Part shown: positions 10,599-21,489 of the stretch, one piece after another
Numbering within the stretch: position 1 is the stretch's first letter
How the letters are laid out: each line of letters opens with the position of its first letter
Assembly: GCA_947625835.1 (NCBI GenBank)
Contig: CANQPY010000001.1
Coordinates: forward strand, 6,763-70,762
DNA from: an uncultured Clostridia bacterium
GTDB lineage: Bacteria; Bacillota; Clostridia; TANB77; CAG-508
Direction: 5' to 3'
DNA length: 64,000 nt
Notes under the pieces: model-generated
Databases searched by the model: none
What the model saw: the letters and a program-made list of their open reading frames with translations, nothing else
Told to the model about the DNA's origin: nothing
Position numbers and translations under genes: made by a program

Positions 10599-13500
10599 TG
10601 GATTTTAATATTAATAACTATTTAAGTAATTTATCTACTATAAATAAAGATTTCAACTCCATATGGGAAGAAATAATAACTACAGTACCCAAATTAACTA
10701 ATAAAATTACACCCGCAGAGGCAAATGAATCAGATCCTCTTATAGTATTATTAAAAGAACTAGGTATAATAAGCGATAAACTCAATTATAATATTGATAA
10801 GAATACACTAGAAAACTTTCCAGACCTTTTAACTCAATTACGTACAGCATATAGTGTATTTAAATCCATGGGTTATAATCCTAATTGGTATAAAAGTGCA
10901 TTAACTAAAATTACATTAATTTACAATGGCGGGGTTGATGATGTATTATCTTCACAAATTTCAAGTACTGGAAGTAAAGGATTTACCCTTCCTAGATTTA
11001 CTCAAGTAAGTGATGAGAACAATACAGATATATACACACTACTTGAAAGTGCAGATTTCACTCCCGGAGAAGCAAAACAAGTATCTTTAATAGCAATTGA
11101 AGGTACGATTAATGATTTTGAAGTTAACGGGGATACACAAATAAAAATAAACAACCTTGATGCACAAAATAAACTATACTTTGTACAGCCCAATATAGCT
11201 CAAAACGGTATTTTTATTGATTTTAATCCGGAATTCAGCAATATTTATTTGAAGCTGACAGGGTCTAACCAATTAGAAAATGATACAAGTATAGACACTC
11301 AAGACAATCTAAGATTATGGAAGAGAGTAGATAATCTTTACCAATACTTACCAGGTAATTACATTTACAAGTTTGGTATAGACCCAAGTACGGGAACCAA
11401 TTATATTCAATTCCCAGACGACATAGGTACACTAATTGATAAGGGCATTTATATAAAATATATTTTATCCTCCGGTGAAGCAGGTAATATAAAAGCAGGA
11501 ACAATTGCTCAACTTTATAATGATCCTAATATTTCGGTTACTTACAGATCAAATGTATCTTCTTCAGGAGATGCAGCAGCAGCCACCAATGAAGGCACTA
11601 TTACTAAATCAAACTTTACAGTACGTAATTTAGCCTCTACTCAAAACGGGCAGGATCCTGAAACTATAGAGGAAATGCAAAGAAACTATGAGAGAGTAGT
11701 AGGTACATTTGATACATTAGTTACATTAAGAGACTATAATAACTACATTTACAACGCAACAGATGATGCGGGTAGAAATTTAGTATCAAATATCAAAGTA
11801 AGTGATCGTGGCAACGACTTATATGATTACACTCCCTGTAGAGTATATAAGGCAACAGGTATAGAAGATACCATCAATGTTACTGCAGATGTTACTGCAG
11901 GAAATATGAATGCTTATCAACTTAGACTATTTCCTCTTAAAAATACTGCAGATGGGAATATAAATAGTTGGAGTGATTTTAATCAAACTTTTACATATAG
12001 TAACATAAAGGGTAAACTAGCAACATTTGATAGTAATGCATGGCTTAGGCAGATTGAGGATTCTATTAAGGATGTTAAGTCTATAAACCATGACTTTATG
12101 GGTACATGTGGTGCCCCAGTATTTGTGGATTATGATATTAGTGGCCAAATATACTTACAAAAAGTAGTATCAAATTCTGAAGCACTGGAGATAAAGCAGG
12201 CTATAGATTTAGCCATTTATAGAAATTTCAACTCCAGAGAATTAAATTTTGGTGAAAAAATAAATTATCCCAAATTAATTGAGGTTATAAAGAATGCAGA
12301 TCCTCGTATTCAATACGCCGCAATTAACCCTATAAACTATACTGGGGTGGAACTTCCACAATTTAATGAAGTTAATAATGGTTATGATATTACGGCAAGA
12401 TCTATACTGAAGGGTACTACCCCCTGGGCAATCCAGACAGATAACAAAGGTACCCCTATAAGTACAGGATTTGATACTTTTACATACCATTATGGTCAAA
12501 CAGAAACAAACTTTTATGGTGATGCTAATAATCCCATAACATCTATATCTCCCCAAGTGTCTGAATTCCATAAAAGAGATATAACCGAAGATGAAAGTGG
12601 GATAGAAGTATATAAAAATGAAACTTACTCTATTTTAGTACCATCATATATTACTCAAATCACATATACTAATTACCTTTATGTTAAAGTTTTTGGTACT
12701 GAAGATGGTAATGACCCTAAGGAAGGTGAATCTAAGGATCCCTTCATTCTTTACAAGGATAACCCTGTTAAGCTAACAGGAAACCAAATGGTAAAGATAT
12801 ATGAAACTAAAGACTCTTACATTTATGGTTATGACCCTGAGCAGTCAAATGAAAAAGTAACAGTAGATAATCCTACCTATGTTCTAAAAGCAGATGATAT
12901 TGTATTGTTTGCAAGTTCAGATAGTAAAATAAAATTAAGTGCATCAGATCAAACCCTAACAAGTATGGGTACTAAACTTTCAATTTCAGTATTAGTACCG
13001 GATGAAAATAATATTCAAAACTCCAAATTTATATCAGAAGAATACGCAGATGTAACCAAATACCAAATAAGAATAGCTTCAAATTCAAGTGGTTTAGCAG
13101 ATTACTTAACAAAGACTCCTTCAGCAGATGGTTATACTCTCAATATAGGGGAGTATTTATTATTCGCAGATTACAATACTGATACAGATACTGCAGATAC
13201 CCCAGTATTAGAAGTAGGCATTATAGGTGAAGGAAATACTATAACTAATACTACAAAATCAGCACTGCTTGTTAATGACCCTGAAGGCCCCCAAGATCCT
13301 ATTCCCTTCAATGCTGTATCTAACTTTATAATATCTACAGCCGACATAACATCTGGTAATTTCAGCGACGCTAAATTTGTCCCTATAAACAGTAAAAATC
13401 TCAAATACACTGCTAATACCATTTATAACTTTGGAGAAGGGTACCTACTTAAGGGAATAACTAACCCAGCAGAAAAACCCGCATCAACTACTCAGGTTTT

Positions 13501-14860
13501 CCCTATTACTGTCCAAGATGATGGTATTAAATATTATAAGGGTACGCCCAATCCTGATGACGGAGGTTATGATTATAATACCGCTGCTACAGGGACAATC
13601 CCTAAACCCATAGATAATGAAGGCTATAAGATGTCTTGTCAATTATCATTACTTCTCACTCCCAATAATGAGCAAAAATTAGAAGAAGGCCAGCAAGTTG
13701 TATTAAATGGTAATCCTCCACTATCTTTAGATAAGAGTAATTTTACTAATATTAATTCCACTATTACAGATTATAGTGAAGAAAAAATTAAGGGGATAAA
13801 AGTTACAGGGTTTAATGGGAATGATTTTATGTATCTAAATGAAGATAAAGACATTTCTAACCAAGGTGGTTATATCCAAATGCGGGTTTATAATCCCAAT
13901 AGTTTTGACATTGCTTTATCTATAGGAAAAAAAGAAGACAATTCTACCCAATACATTATAAAAACAAAAGATATTAAACAATTATTAATTCCAATCAATT
14001 CTATTATAGGAACTACAAATCATAATGGTGAAAAAATTGAAAACCTCAAAAATATAAATGGATTAATCTTTTCTGTTTTAAAAGCAGAAAATAGTGAGGT
14101 TCTTTCCCAGGATGACAGTTTAATTATTTCCATCCCTATATATATTGGAGGTATAATAATAACAGAAACTTCAACTATTCAATCTAATACTACTCTTGTC
14201 TATAGTGGAGGACAAGCACTAAAACTATCAGAAACTGAACAAAATACTCTAAGATTAATGAGTTATAATACCTCAGATAATACAAATGTTTCTACAGACA
14301 TTAAGTGGAGAAGTGATCTTCCAGTTGCTTTACCTAAATTGGGTGATGAAGCTAGAGTAGAAGCATTTTTGGTTTCCTATATTAATGCAGGTAATAATTT
14401 AGTATCTTATGTAGTTGCCGATGCAAATGCTGATATAACCATTAATAGTGATGATAAAAATAATACAACATCAGCAATTAATAAAGTAACTTCTGTAAAT
14501 AGTAGGATATTAGGTATATTAAAGGGAAGTAAATATTATTCTAAAAATAATTCTAGCTATGAAAAAATAAGTGGGCTTATTTCAAGTGGTGAAAATAATT
14601 ATAAAGAATTAAAAGATGAAGATTCACTTCTCTATGTCTACTTTGATAAACCAGAGCCTAATAAAGGGGATCCACCAACGCTTAGCTACAACCCAACATA
14701 TACCTCAACTTCAAACGCAATAATTAATCCTAATGATCCTGATAGTTTCTTTATATCCACTCATCCCTGCAATCCATACGTAATCCCTAGACTTATAGGT
14801 AAAGATGGTACTATGCCTTTACAAGAATTGCAAATTAGTTCCCTCTCTATAAGGAGTTAA
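10598..14860 (+). CDS. Large baseplate wedge protein (gp6/gpJ-like)
   Basis: 'NKDF', 'NESDP', 'NGQDPETIEE', 'TLVTLRDY' motifs; follows gp25. Confidence 0.8.
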   Translation: MDFNINNYLSNLSTINKDFNSIWEEIITTVPKLTNKITPAEANESDPLIVLLKELGIISDKLNYNIDKNTLENFPDLLTQLRTAYSVFKSMGYNPNWYKSALTKITLIYNGGVDDVLSSQISSTGSKGFTLPRFTQVSDENNTDIYTLLESADFTPGEAKQVSLIAIEGTINDFEVNGDTQIKINNLDAQNKLYFVQPNIAQNGIFIDFNPEFSNIYLKLTGSNQLENDTSIDTQDNLRLWKRVDNLYQYLPGNYIYKFGIDPSTGTNYIQFPDDIGTLIDKGIYIKYILSSGEAGNIKAGTIAQLYNDPNISVTYRSNVSSSGDAAAATNEGTITKSNFTVRNLASTQNGQDPETIEEMQRNYERVVGTFDTLVTLRDYNNYIYNATDDAGRNLVSNIKVSDRGNDLYDYTPCRVYKATGIEDTINVTADVTAGNMNAYQLRLFPLKNTADGNINSWSDFNQTFTYSNIKGKLATFDSNAWLRQIEDSIKDVKSINHDFMGTCGAPVFVDYDISGQIYLQKVVSNSEALEIKQAIDLAIYRNFNSRELNFGEKINYPKLIEVIKNADPRIQYAAINPINYTGVELPQFNEVNNGYDITARSILKGTTPWAIQTDNKGTPISTGFDTFTYHYGQTETNFYGDANNPITSISPQVSEFHKRDITEDESGIEVYKNETYSILVPSYITQITYTNYLYVKVFGTEDGNDPKEGESKDPFILYKDNPVKLTGNQMVKIYETKDSYIYGYDPEQSNEKVTVDNPTYVLKADDIVLFASSDSKIKLSASDQTLTSMGTKLSISVLVPDENNIQNSKFISEEYADVTKYQIRIASNSSGLADYLTKTPSADGYTLNIGEYLLFADYNTDTDTADTPVLEVGIIGEGNTITNTTKSALLVNDPEGPQDPIPFNAVSNFIISTADITSGNFSDAKFVPINSKNLKYTANTIYNFGEGYLLKGITNPAEKPASTTQVFPITVQDDGIKYYKGTPNPDDGGYDYNTAATGTIPKPIDNEGYKMSCQLSLLLTPNNEQKLEEGQQVVLNGNPPLSLDKSNFTNINSTITDYSEEKIKGIKVTGFNGNDFMYLNEDKDISNQGGYIQMRVYNPNSFDIALSIGKKEDNSTQYIIKTKDIKQLLIPINSIIGTTNHNGEKIENLKNINGLIFSVLKAENSEVLSQDDSLIISIPIYIGGIIITETSTIQSNTTLVYSGGQALKLSETEQNTLRLMSYNTSDNTNVSTDIKWRSDLPVALPKLGDEARVEAFLVSYINAGNNLVSYVVADANADITINSDDKNNTTSAINKVTSVNSRILGILKGSKYYSKNNSSYEKISGLISSGENNYKELKDEDSLLYVYFDKPEPNKGDPPTLSYNPTYTSTSNAIINPNDPDSFFISTHPCNPYVIPRLIGKDGTMPLQELQISSLSIRS

Positions 14861-14864
14861 TTAT

Positions 14865-15743
14865 ATGTTTCTGCAGTTAGAACACAATACACCAGAAGTA
14901 TATAGTGAAAAATCAAGAGATTTTCAATTATTTTGTAGAATATTCAATATTTATTTAAACGCACTAATAGAACAATCTAACAAAATAATCTATAATACTG
15001 ATGTGGATAGCCTAAATGAAAATCTACTATATCTGAAAGCAAGAAGGCTTGGTTTTACAACACATAAATATTTTCCTCCTAATATTCTTAGAAACATATG
15101 TGAAACTTTCCCATCATTAATAAGAAGAAAAGGCACAGAACAGGCGATAAAAGATGCAGTCTATACAATATTATCAGTTAACAATTTAGTTACACTACTA
15201 GGTATTGATAGATTAAATCCAGATGATAAAAACGAAATTAGTATTATAAGTAATGTAGAAGATGCAGAAATAGATTACATTTCAGAATTATTATCCTTTA
15301 TAGTACCTGCGGGTGTAAAATGGAACTACGTAGCAAACGTTACTAAGGAAGAGACTCGCAAACTACCCATTGAATTTGTAGATACTATAGTTAGATTTAG
15401 GGGGATTGGTAATACCATTGCTAGAATAATGAGTACACCATTCCCTGGAGCTAACAACAACAATTATACCCCAGCAAGAGGCATAGATTGGGATTATCTG
15501 TATGATAATGGGTATAATAGGGACTGGGGTGAGGAAAAAGAAAACTTTAAAAAGCCGGGTGGGGATGATGCTAAAACCCAACCTTTCTATAGTAAAATAA
15601 ATGTGGTTAAAATTGTGCGTAATATGACCACTGATGGTGGCATTGCTATTGAATGTATTAGAAATGAGATAAATAATAAGGATAATACAATTACAGTTGA
15701 TAAAGATGCAACACCCCTTAAAATCACTAATGGAGGTAATTAA
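14865..15743 (+). CDS. Baseplate wedge protein (gp7/gpI-like)
   Basis: 'LIRRKGTEQAI', 'FIVPAGV' motifs. Confidence 0.7.
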   Translation: MFLQLEHNTPEVYSEKSRDFQLFCRIFNIYLNALIEQSNKIIYNTDVDSLNENLLYLKARRLGFTTHKYFPPNILRNICETFPSLIRRKGTEQAIKDAVYTILSVNNLVTLLGIDRLNPDDKNEISIISNVEDAEIDYISELLSFIVPAGVKWNYVANVTKEETRKLPIEFVDTIVRFRGIGNTIARIMSTPFPGANNNNYTPARGIDWDYLYDNGYNRDWGEEKENFKKPGGDDAKTQPFYSKINVVKIVRNMTTDGGIAIECIRNEINNKDNTITVDKDATPLKITNGGN

Positions 15744-15745
15744 TC

Positions 15746-16357
15746 TTGAACATATTACAATATAAAGGGAGAGTAATTATCTCCAGATTAAATTCCGAAA
15801 CTCTACAGCCTATAGCAGATAGTATTACAGAACTAACTAATAGTGGAACCAACTATTTATGGGAATTACTTTGTTACTTGTTATATAGGGGTACTCAGGG
15901 AGATGCAACGGATGATAGCGTAAAAATACCTGGTGCTATAGATATTGGGTATTTTAAGAATAATATCAATACTGAGAGTATTAATGATATAGATGAAGCG
16001 GGCTTTACTTCTATATTATCAAGTGGAGGTAACTTATTTGTATCAAGTAAATTAACTATAGCGGATCCAAAAACTTCTAAATCTATACCCACTGCATTGC
16101 TAGAGGTGGAATCTTACTTCACAAAAGCCAATTTCACCCAATATTCTAATGACAAAGGGAGTATTTACATAGTATTAAAAGATAAAGAAGTAAGAAATAA
16201 TCTTGTAGGAGTAGGAAATCACATATTAGCTGTAGTAAATACAGGTAGTACAAACTATGATATAGAAGAAACAGAAACCCAAGCTATCAAATGGCAATTA
16301 AGTTTCCAAAATGGAAACCCTGAATCAAGCAAAACATCATCAGTGCAAAAGGAGTAA
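15746..16357 (+). CDS. Putative tail/baseplate protein
   Basis: TTG start after a GGAGG RBS; 'LTNSGT' and 'IKWQLSF' resemble tail-collar/fibre attachment proteins. Confidence 0.5.
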   Translation: MNILQYKGRVIISRLNSETLQPIADSITELTNSGTNYLWELLCYLLYRGTQGDATDDSVKIPGAIDIGYFKNNINTESINDIDEAGFTSILSSGGNLFVSSKLTIADPKTSKSIPTALLEVESYFTKANFTQYSNDKGSIYIVLKDKEVRNNLVGVGNHILAVVNTGSTNYDIEETETQAIKWQLSFQNGNPESSKTSSVQKE

Positions 16358-16363
16358 TAGATC

Positions 16364-17671
16364 ATGGGATATGTAGTAAGCAATGCCATAAGAATATTTC
16401 CTACATCTAATAGAAGCCTAGGCCCTACAGGCACTAACTGGGTTACTGAGCATAATCTAGCTGGGATTATTGCCAACTTAGCAAACAAAAAAGGATTTGT
16501 TGTCTCTGACACTGATAATGGTTTCAATAAAAGTTGGGGTGCAGCTAATAATACCGATTTTGAATTTTATATAAAAGGATATTATGTAAAAGCTAAGATA
16601 AGTGCTATTTATGCAGCAGTTGGAGCAGCAACTGAAGTTTATGCAAAAGTAGACTTTATAGACTCAATAAATGGGGATGAATCATTTAAATATTTAAATG
16701 GTTCAGATAATGATTCTAGCAATAATGGTAAATGTACACTTATCTCCTTTAATAATACAGGCAGTTCTGGAGATTCCAATGCCCTTAAGTTATTTGACAT
16801 AGTAGACAATAGCAATATTAGCGTACCAGATAGTTCCAGAATAAACTTTGTACATCTTCTTCTAGATGGTGGTGTGATTGGTACAAAGGGGGAAATAAAT
16901 GTTCGGAAAGATGGTAAGATTACAATAGATAATAATGGTACAATAGATAATAATGGTACAATAGATAATAATGGTACAATAGATAATAATGGTACAATAG
17001 ATAATACTAATGGTAAGATTACTGGTGGTAGTCTTACGCACGTTAATATTGGACCTGAAGAAAAAAATGAAAGTAGTTTTGCAGGTAATATTGGAATATC
17101 CAACATTACAGATAGTCTAACTATCGAAGAAAGTGCAACTCTTCATAATCTGGGTACTATTGATAATAGTGCGCACTCGGGTATTATTAAAGGTGGCCTA
17201 TTACAAGGTGAAATTTCAGGAGGAGAAGATACTGGTATTCTTAATGATACTAGCGAAACCACTACCAATACTAATGCTTGCATATCAAATATACAGGTGT
17301 CAAATATTGTACTTAAAAATACCAAAATTGCTGCTGGTGCTATTAGTATGGGTGTAAAAAGTAATAATGCGATACTATATGGTACATTTAATTTTGGAGA
17401 CACCAGCAGTGCACCCTACAATAAAAAAGCAACAATAAAAATTAATGATTTTAGCATAGTGGGAGGAGATGCGAATGGCTCAAATATCCCCGCAGCCGTA
17501 AGTGGTACGTTGAAATGTAGAGAATCAGGAAAAACTTTTACCATAGATACCGTAACTCTAAAAAGTTTCACTCTAACTAATAGTAGTGGGGGCATCTCAG
17601 TAAAATCAGATGGGGATGCAGCAGCCAGAAATCTAGCAAAACTCTTCACCTTTGATGATGGCACACTTTAA
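16364..17671 (+). CDS. Putative tail fibre / receptor-binding protein
   Basis: Last gene of the tail module; Gly/Asn/Thr-rich beta-repeat composition; 'LDGG' and 'DDGTL' motifs. Confidence 0.55.
   Translation: MGYVVSNAIRIFPTSNRSLGPTGTNWVTEHNLAGIIANLANKKGFVVSDTDNGFNKSWGAANNTDFEFYIKGYYVKAKISAIYAAVGAATEVYAKVDFIDSINGDESFKYLNGSDNDSSNNGKCTLISFNNTGSSGDSNALKLFDIVDNSNISVPDSSRINFVHLLLDGGVIGTKGEINVRKDGKITIDNNGTIDNNGTIDNNGTIDNNGTIDNTNGKITGGSLTHVNIGPEEKNESSFAGNIGISNITDSLTIEESATLHNLGTIDNSAHSGIIKGGLLQGEISGGEDTGILNDTSETTTNTNACISNIQVSNIVLKNTKIAAGAISMGVKSNNAILYGTFNFGDTSSAPYNKKATIKINDFSIVGGDANGSNIPAAVSGTLKCRESGKTFTIDTVTLKSFTLTNSSGGISVKSDGDAAARNLAKLFTFDDGTL
16922..17005 (+). repeat. Perfect 18-bp tandem repeat ACAATAGATAATAATGGT (about 4.7 copies) encoding (TIDNNG)n
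   Basis: Read directly from the sequence. Confidence 0.95.
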
Positions 17672-17695
17672 TAATATTAATATTTAATATACTAA

Positions 17696-17732
17696 CGCAG
17701 ATCTTTTTTTTTTAAGATCTGCGCTTTTTTTT
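17696..17732 (+). terminator. Intrinsic terminator ending the structural module
   Basis: CGCAGATCTT...AAGATCTGCG hairpin followed by CT8. Confidence 0.85.
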
Positions 17733-17781
17733 ACCTTCAATAGTGTATAGAATAATGAATAACTAATGTTGGAGATTATAT

Positions 17782-18111
17782 ATGATAATTAAAGATAAAA
17801 AAGAGCCAGTAATTATATGCCCCAGATGTGGTAGGGAATATCTCCCAGCAGAGATATTTATACCTAAAGCCTTTTTTGGTCATCCTGAAGATATTGAAAG
17901 GACACCCGCAGGAAAAATAGATGTATATGAAGGATCCCCAATGTGCCTAACAGAAGAATATAAATGTGATGGATGTGACCTGTCTTTTGAAGTTACGGCA
18001 GATATTAAATTTAAGGTAAAAGAAAAAGTAAAAGAAGAATTTAATTCAGTTTATGCATCTTCAATTCCTCAAAAGATAGCATTATTTGAGGATATAAATG
18101 ATGTTAATTGA
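17782..18111 (+). CDS. Zinc-ribbon hypothetical protein
   Basis: CPRC...CDGC. Confidence 0.6.
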   Translation: MIIKDKKEPVIICPRCGREYLPAEIFIPKAFFGHPEDIERTPAGKIDVYEGSPMCLTEEYKCDGCDLSFEVTADIKFKVKEKVKEEFNSVYASSIPQKIALFEDINDVN

Positions 18112-19777
18112 GGAAAAAATTTCAAGAAAGGTACCAGGAGAAACTTCACTTTTTCTTTCTTTTGAATATAATAAAGAGTACCTAGAAATTATTAAACAAT
18201 GTGAGGGGGCCCATTTTGATAAAAAATCTAAAACTTGGGAATTACCCCTTTCTAATCTTGCTAAACTCTTAGATAATTTTTGTTTATATGAAGATATAGA
18301 GCTAAAATTATTAAAACATCAAGAGGAAGACAAAACTATAAAAAGTCATCCCTTAAGTAAATATAAACTATCCTTATATAACCACCAGATAGACGCAATA
18401 AATTATGGTCTAGATCATAATAAATGGTTATTACTAGATGCACCAGGATTAGGTAAAAGTTTCAGTATAATAGCACTAGCTCAAGAATTAAAATTGAAAC
18501 AAAATATAAATCACTGCTTATTAATATGCGGACTTAATGTACTAAAAAACAATTGGCGAAAAGAAATCCAAAAATGCACTGACCTAGATTGTATTATATT
18601 GGGAGAGAAAATAAATAGAAAGGGAAGAAGAATTATAGGGTCTATCCCTGAAAGAGTAGCCCAGTTAAACAATCCAATAAATGAGTTTTTCATCATCACT
18701 AATATTGAAACCCTAAGAAATGACAACATACTTAAAGCGCTACTTAATGGTCCTAATAAGCCAGATATGTTAGTAATAGATGAAATGCAAACATGTCTCA
18801 ACCCTTCAGCTCAACAAACATCCAATTTACTTAAACTTAATAAAACCCCATATATTGTAGGGGCCACTGGAACCCCTATAATGAATTCCCCATTAGATAC
18901 TTATGTACCCTTAAAATTAATAGGTGCAGATAGAAGCACATTTACAAATTTTAAATACTATTATTGTTCTTTTGGTGGTCCTTTCCATAATATAGTATGC
19001 GGTTTTAAAAACATGGAAATATTAAGGGATATTTTTGGAAAATACTCTTTAAGACGCACAAAGGATCTACTTGATTTACCTCCAAAAACCATTATAAAAG
19101 AATATGTAGATATGGAAGAAGACCAAGCCCAATTTTACGATAATATAAAACAAGGGGTAAAAGAACAGGTAGATAAAGTTGAATTAAATACGACTTCACT
19201 ATTTGCAATCCTAACCAGATTAAGGCAAGCAACAGAATGTACTTCCATCCTAACTACAGAAACTATAAGTACAGCAAAAATAGAAAGAGCTTGTAGTTTA
19301 GCTAAGGAGTTAATATCAAATGGTGAAAAAGTAGTTATCTTTTGTAATTTTAAAGAAACAGTAAAAAACCTAGCCGAAAGGCTTAGAGAGTATAATCCTC
19401 TAATCAATACTGGAGACATTCCAGATACTATAATTAGTGAGAATGTGGATAAATTTCAAAAAGAACCCAAATATAAGATATTTATAGGAACTTATGCTAA
19501 ATGCTCCACAGGATTAACTCTCACAGCAGCCTCAAACATGATTTGCCTATCACAGTGTTGGACAGCTTCTCAAAATGAACAGGCACAAGATAGAATCCAC
19601 AGAATAGGTACCCCAAACAAAGTTACAATATACTATTTAATCACTTCAGAAACAGTGGATGAAAAAGTAGATGAAATAGTTGAAGATAAAAGCGCTATAA
19701 GTGATTATCTAATAGATGGAGAGAAAATGTCAGAGCAAGCTTTGAAAAAACTTCAGAAGTATTTGGAAGACTTGTAG
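18098..19777 (+). CDS. SNF2-family helicase
   Basis: 'DAPGLGKS', 'IDE', 'TGTP', 'QAQDRIHRIG'. Confidence 0.9.
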   Translation: MMLIEEKISRKVPGETSLFLSFEYNKEYLEIIKQCEGAHFDKKSKTWELPLSNLAKLLDNFCLYEDIELKLLKHQEEDKTIKSHPLSKYKLSLYNHQIDAINYGLDHNKWLLLDAPGLGKSFSIIALAQELKLKQNINHCLLICGLNVLKNNWRKEIQKCTDLDCIILGEKINRKGRRIIGSIPERVAQLNNPINEFFIITNIETLRNDNILKALLNGPNKPDMLVIDEMQTCLNPSAQQTSNLLKLNKTPYIVGATGTPIMNSPLDTYVPLKLIGADRSTFTNFKYYYCSFGGPFHNIVCGFKNMEILRDIFGKYSLRRTKDLLDLPPKTIIKEYVDMEEDQAQFYDNIKQGVKEQVDKVELNTTSLFAILTRLRQATECTSILTTETISTAKIERACSLAKELISNGEKVVIFCNFKETVKNLAERLREYNPLINTGDIPDTIISENVDKFQKEPKYKIFIGTYAKCSTGLTLTAASNMICLSQCWTASQNEQAQDRIHRIGTPNKVTIYYLITSETVDEKVDEIVEDKSAISDYLIDGEKMSEQALKKLQKYLEDL

Positions 19778-19782
19778 AAAAA

Positions 19783-19814
19783 TAGTTGACCATTTTTTAT
19801 TTTTATTATAATAT
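19783..19814 (+). promoter_or_regulatory. Sigma70/SigA-like promoter
   Basis: TAGTTGACC followed by TATAATAT (spacer 15-17 depending on register). Confidence 0.55.
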
Positions 19815-19914
19815 TACTAATGATAAGAAATAGTCACTAATATAAAAATAAAGAAGAGAAGTGGCTTATATAAAAGGTCAACTTCTCTTTGTTTTTCTTT
19901 TACAGGAGGCAACA

Positions 19915-20754
19915 GTGTTAAATACTTATAAGAAATCATACGAAGAATGTGCAGATTTATTTATAACAGAGAATTGGCGTAAAATGAACAAAAATACCCT
20001 TGTTAATAAATATATCGAGGTGGAAAACAATCCTAAGCTAGCCAATGCTTATATGAGTGCAATTATTTGCAGATATTGGGGAGTATTAAGTAAATATTAT
20101 AATTCCAGTTACAATAGTGTAGATAAATTTACATGCCATGAATGGTTAGTAGGAGCAATTCTAAGAGCTATAAAACACAGGAAGTGGCTAGATCCAAATA
20201 ATAAGCTGTATGGGGACCCAAATGGTCCAGATAAAGTAATTAATAGATGTCTTGCAAGCGAAAGATTAGGTTTCTTTCAAAGTTCAAATACCTATAAAAG
20301 AAAACAAAACTATGGCATTGAAAGTATAGATAAAATTCAAGAGGATAATTCAGAATCTTCCCAAATTCCGCTGTATTTACCAAAAGATTTAGATGAAGGA
20401 ACATTAAGTATCCATCAACTTATAAGTAATTCTTTTGATAATAAAGATTACATTACATCATTTTTAATTGATGGTATAATTAATTATGATGTATTTGAAC
20501 CTGCAAATAGTCCAAAAACCAAACTAGATTATAGCGTATTTAGTGAGAAAAAATTACTAAGGCATTTAAGAGCCCTAAGCATACAATATATTAAAGATTT
20601 TGCGGATCTATTTAATAAACCTATAGATGAAGTTAAGTTAGCGGTGCAAGAATGTACATCATTAACAAGAACAAAGCTTAAAACCGCTGTAAATAAAAGC
20701 ATAAAAAATTTAAGTAAACAATACACTAAATTATTAAAAGAATATAATAATTAA
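19915..20754 (+). CDS. Hypothetical protein
   Basis: GTG start at 19915 after AGGAGG. Confidence 0.6.
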   Translation: MLNTYKKSYEECADLFITENWRKMNKNTLVNKYIEVENNPKLANAYMSAIICRYWGVLSKYYNSSYNSVDKFTCHEWLVGAILRAIKHRKWLDPNNKLYGDPNGPDKVINRCLASERLGFFQSSNTYKRKQNYGIESIDKIQEDNSESSQIPLYLPKDLDEGTLSIHQLISNSFDNKDYITSFLIDGIINYDVFEPANSPKTKLDYSVFSEKKLLRHLRALSIQYIKDFADLFNKPIDEVKLAVQECTSLTRTKLKTAVNKSIKNLSKQYTKLLKEYNN

Positions 20755-20766
20755 CAGGGGCGCTAA

Positions 20767-21489
20767 ATGGTTCTTGATCTTTTAAGCACAGATATGTATA
20801 TTAGTTTTAATGTAAAATTAGCCCACAGAATTGGGCTACAAGCTGCTATTTACCTTGGAGAGCTCCTCAATATTAATAAGAAAGCAATTCAAAAAGAAAA
20901 AATTATAGATGGTAATTTTTTTAAGCTAAATAGAGATTATATAGAACAACGAACAACATTACAAAAGCAAGAACAAAAAGAATTAGACAAATTATTGGAG
21001 GAATTATCTATAGTCTCTATAGGTACTAATAAAGACACATTAAGCATAAATACAAATGCGATTACAGGTCTCTTATTAGATGATAATGCAGAATTGGTAG
21101 ATAAAATATTGCAGCCTGTTAAGAAAAAAAGAATGACCAAACAGGAAGTAATAATCGCAAACTTAAAAAACAATATTCGTACGGATAATAGTGAATTAAA
21201 AAAGGCGTATGAAGAATGGATAGAAGCTGTAATGGCAAGGCAAGGATGGATGTCAGCTGCAAGTGTAAGAGATGGTCAAGATATTGTAGATAGATACACA
21301 AATAAAGATTTAGATGTGGCATTAAAAATAGTTGAAATAGGCGCAATTAATGGACTTAGAGACTTAACATGGGCTATTAATACGTATGAAAAACAACTTA
21401 GAGAAGAAAGGGGTAAAAGATTAGGCTCAATTTCAACTTCTTCTTATACTGCTAGAGTTCCTGCACTTGCGGAAGACGAGGTGTTTTAA
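20767..21489 (+). CDS. Putative replication initiator (winged-helix / DnaD-like)
   Basis: 'FNVKLAHRIGLQAAIYLGEL' N-terminus; directly upstream of the DnaC-like gene. Confidence 0.6.
   Translation: MVLDLLSTDMYISFNVKLAHRIGLQAAIYLGELLNINKKAIQKEKIIDGNFFKLNRDYIEQRTTLQKQEQKELDKLLEELSIVSIGTNKDTLSINTNAITGLLLDDNAELVDKILQPVKKKRMTKQEVIIANLKNNIRTDNSELKKAYEEWIEAVMARQGWMSAASVRDGQDIVDRYTNKDLDVALKIVEIGAINGLRDLTWAINTYEKQLREERGKRLGSISTSSYTARVPALAEDEVF

Noticed and set aside
16922-17005. CRISPR-like array
   Set aside because: The repeats are contiguous, have no spacers and lie in frame within a CDS.
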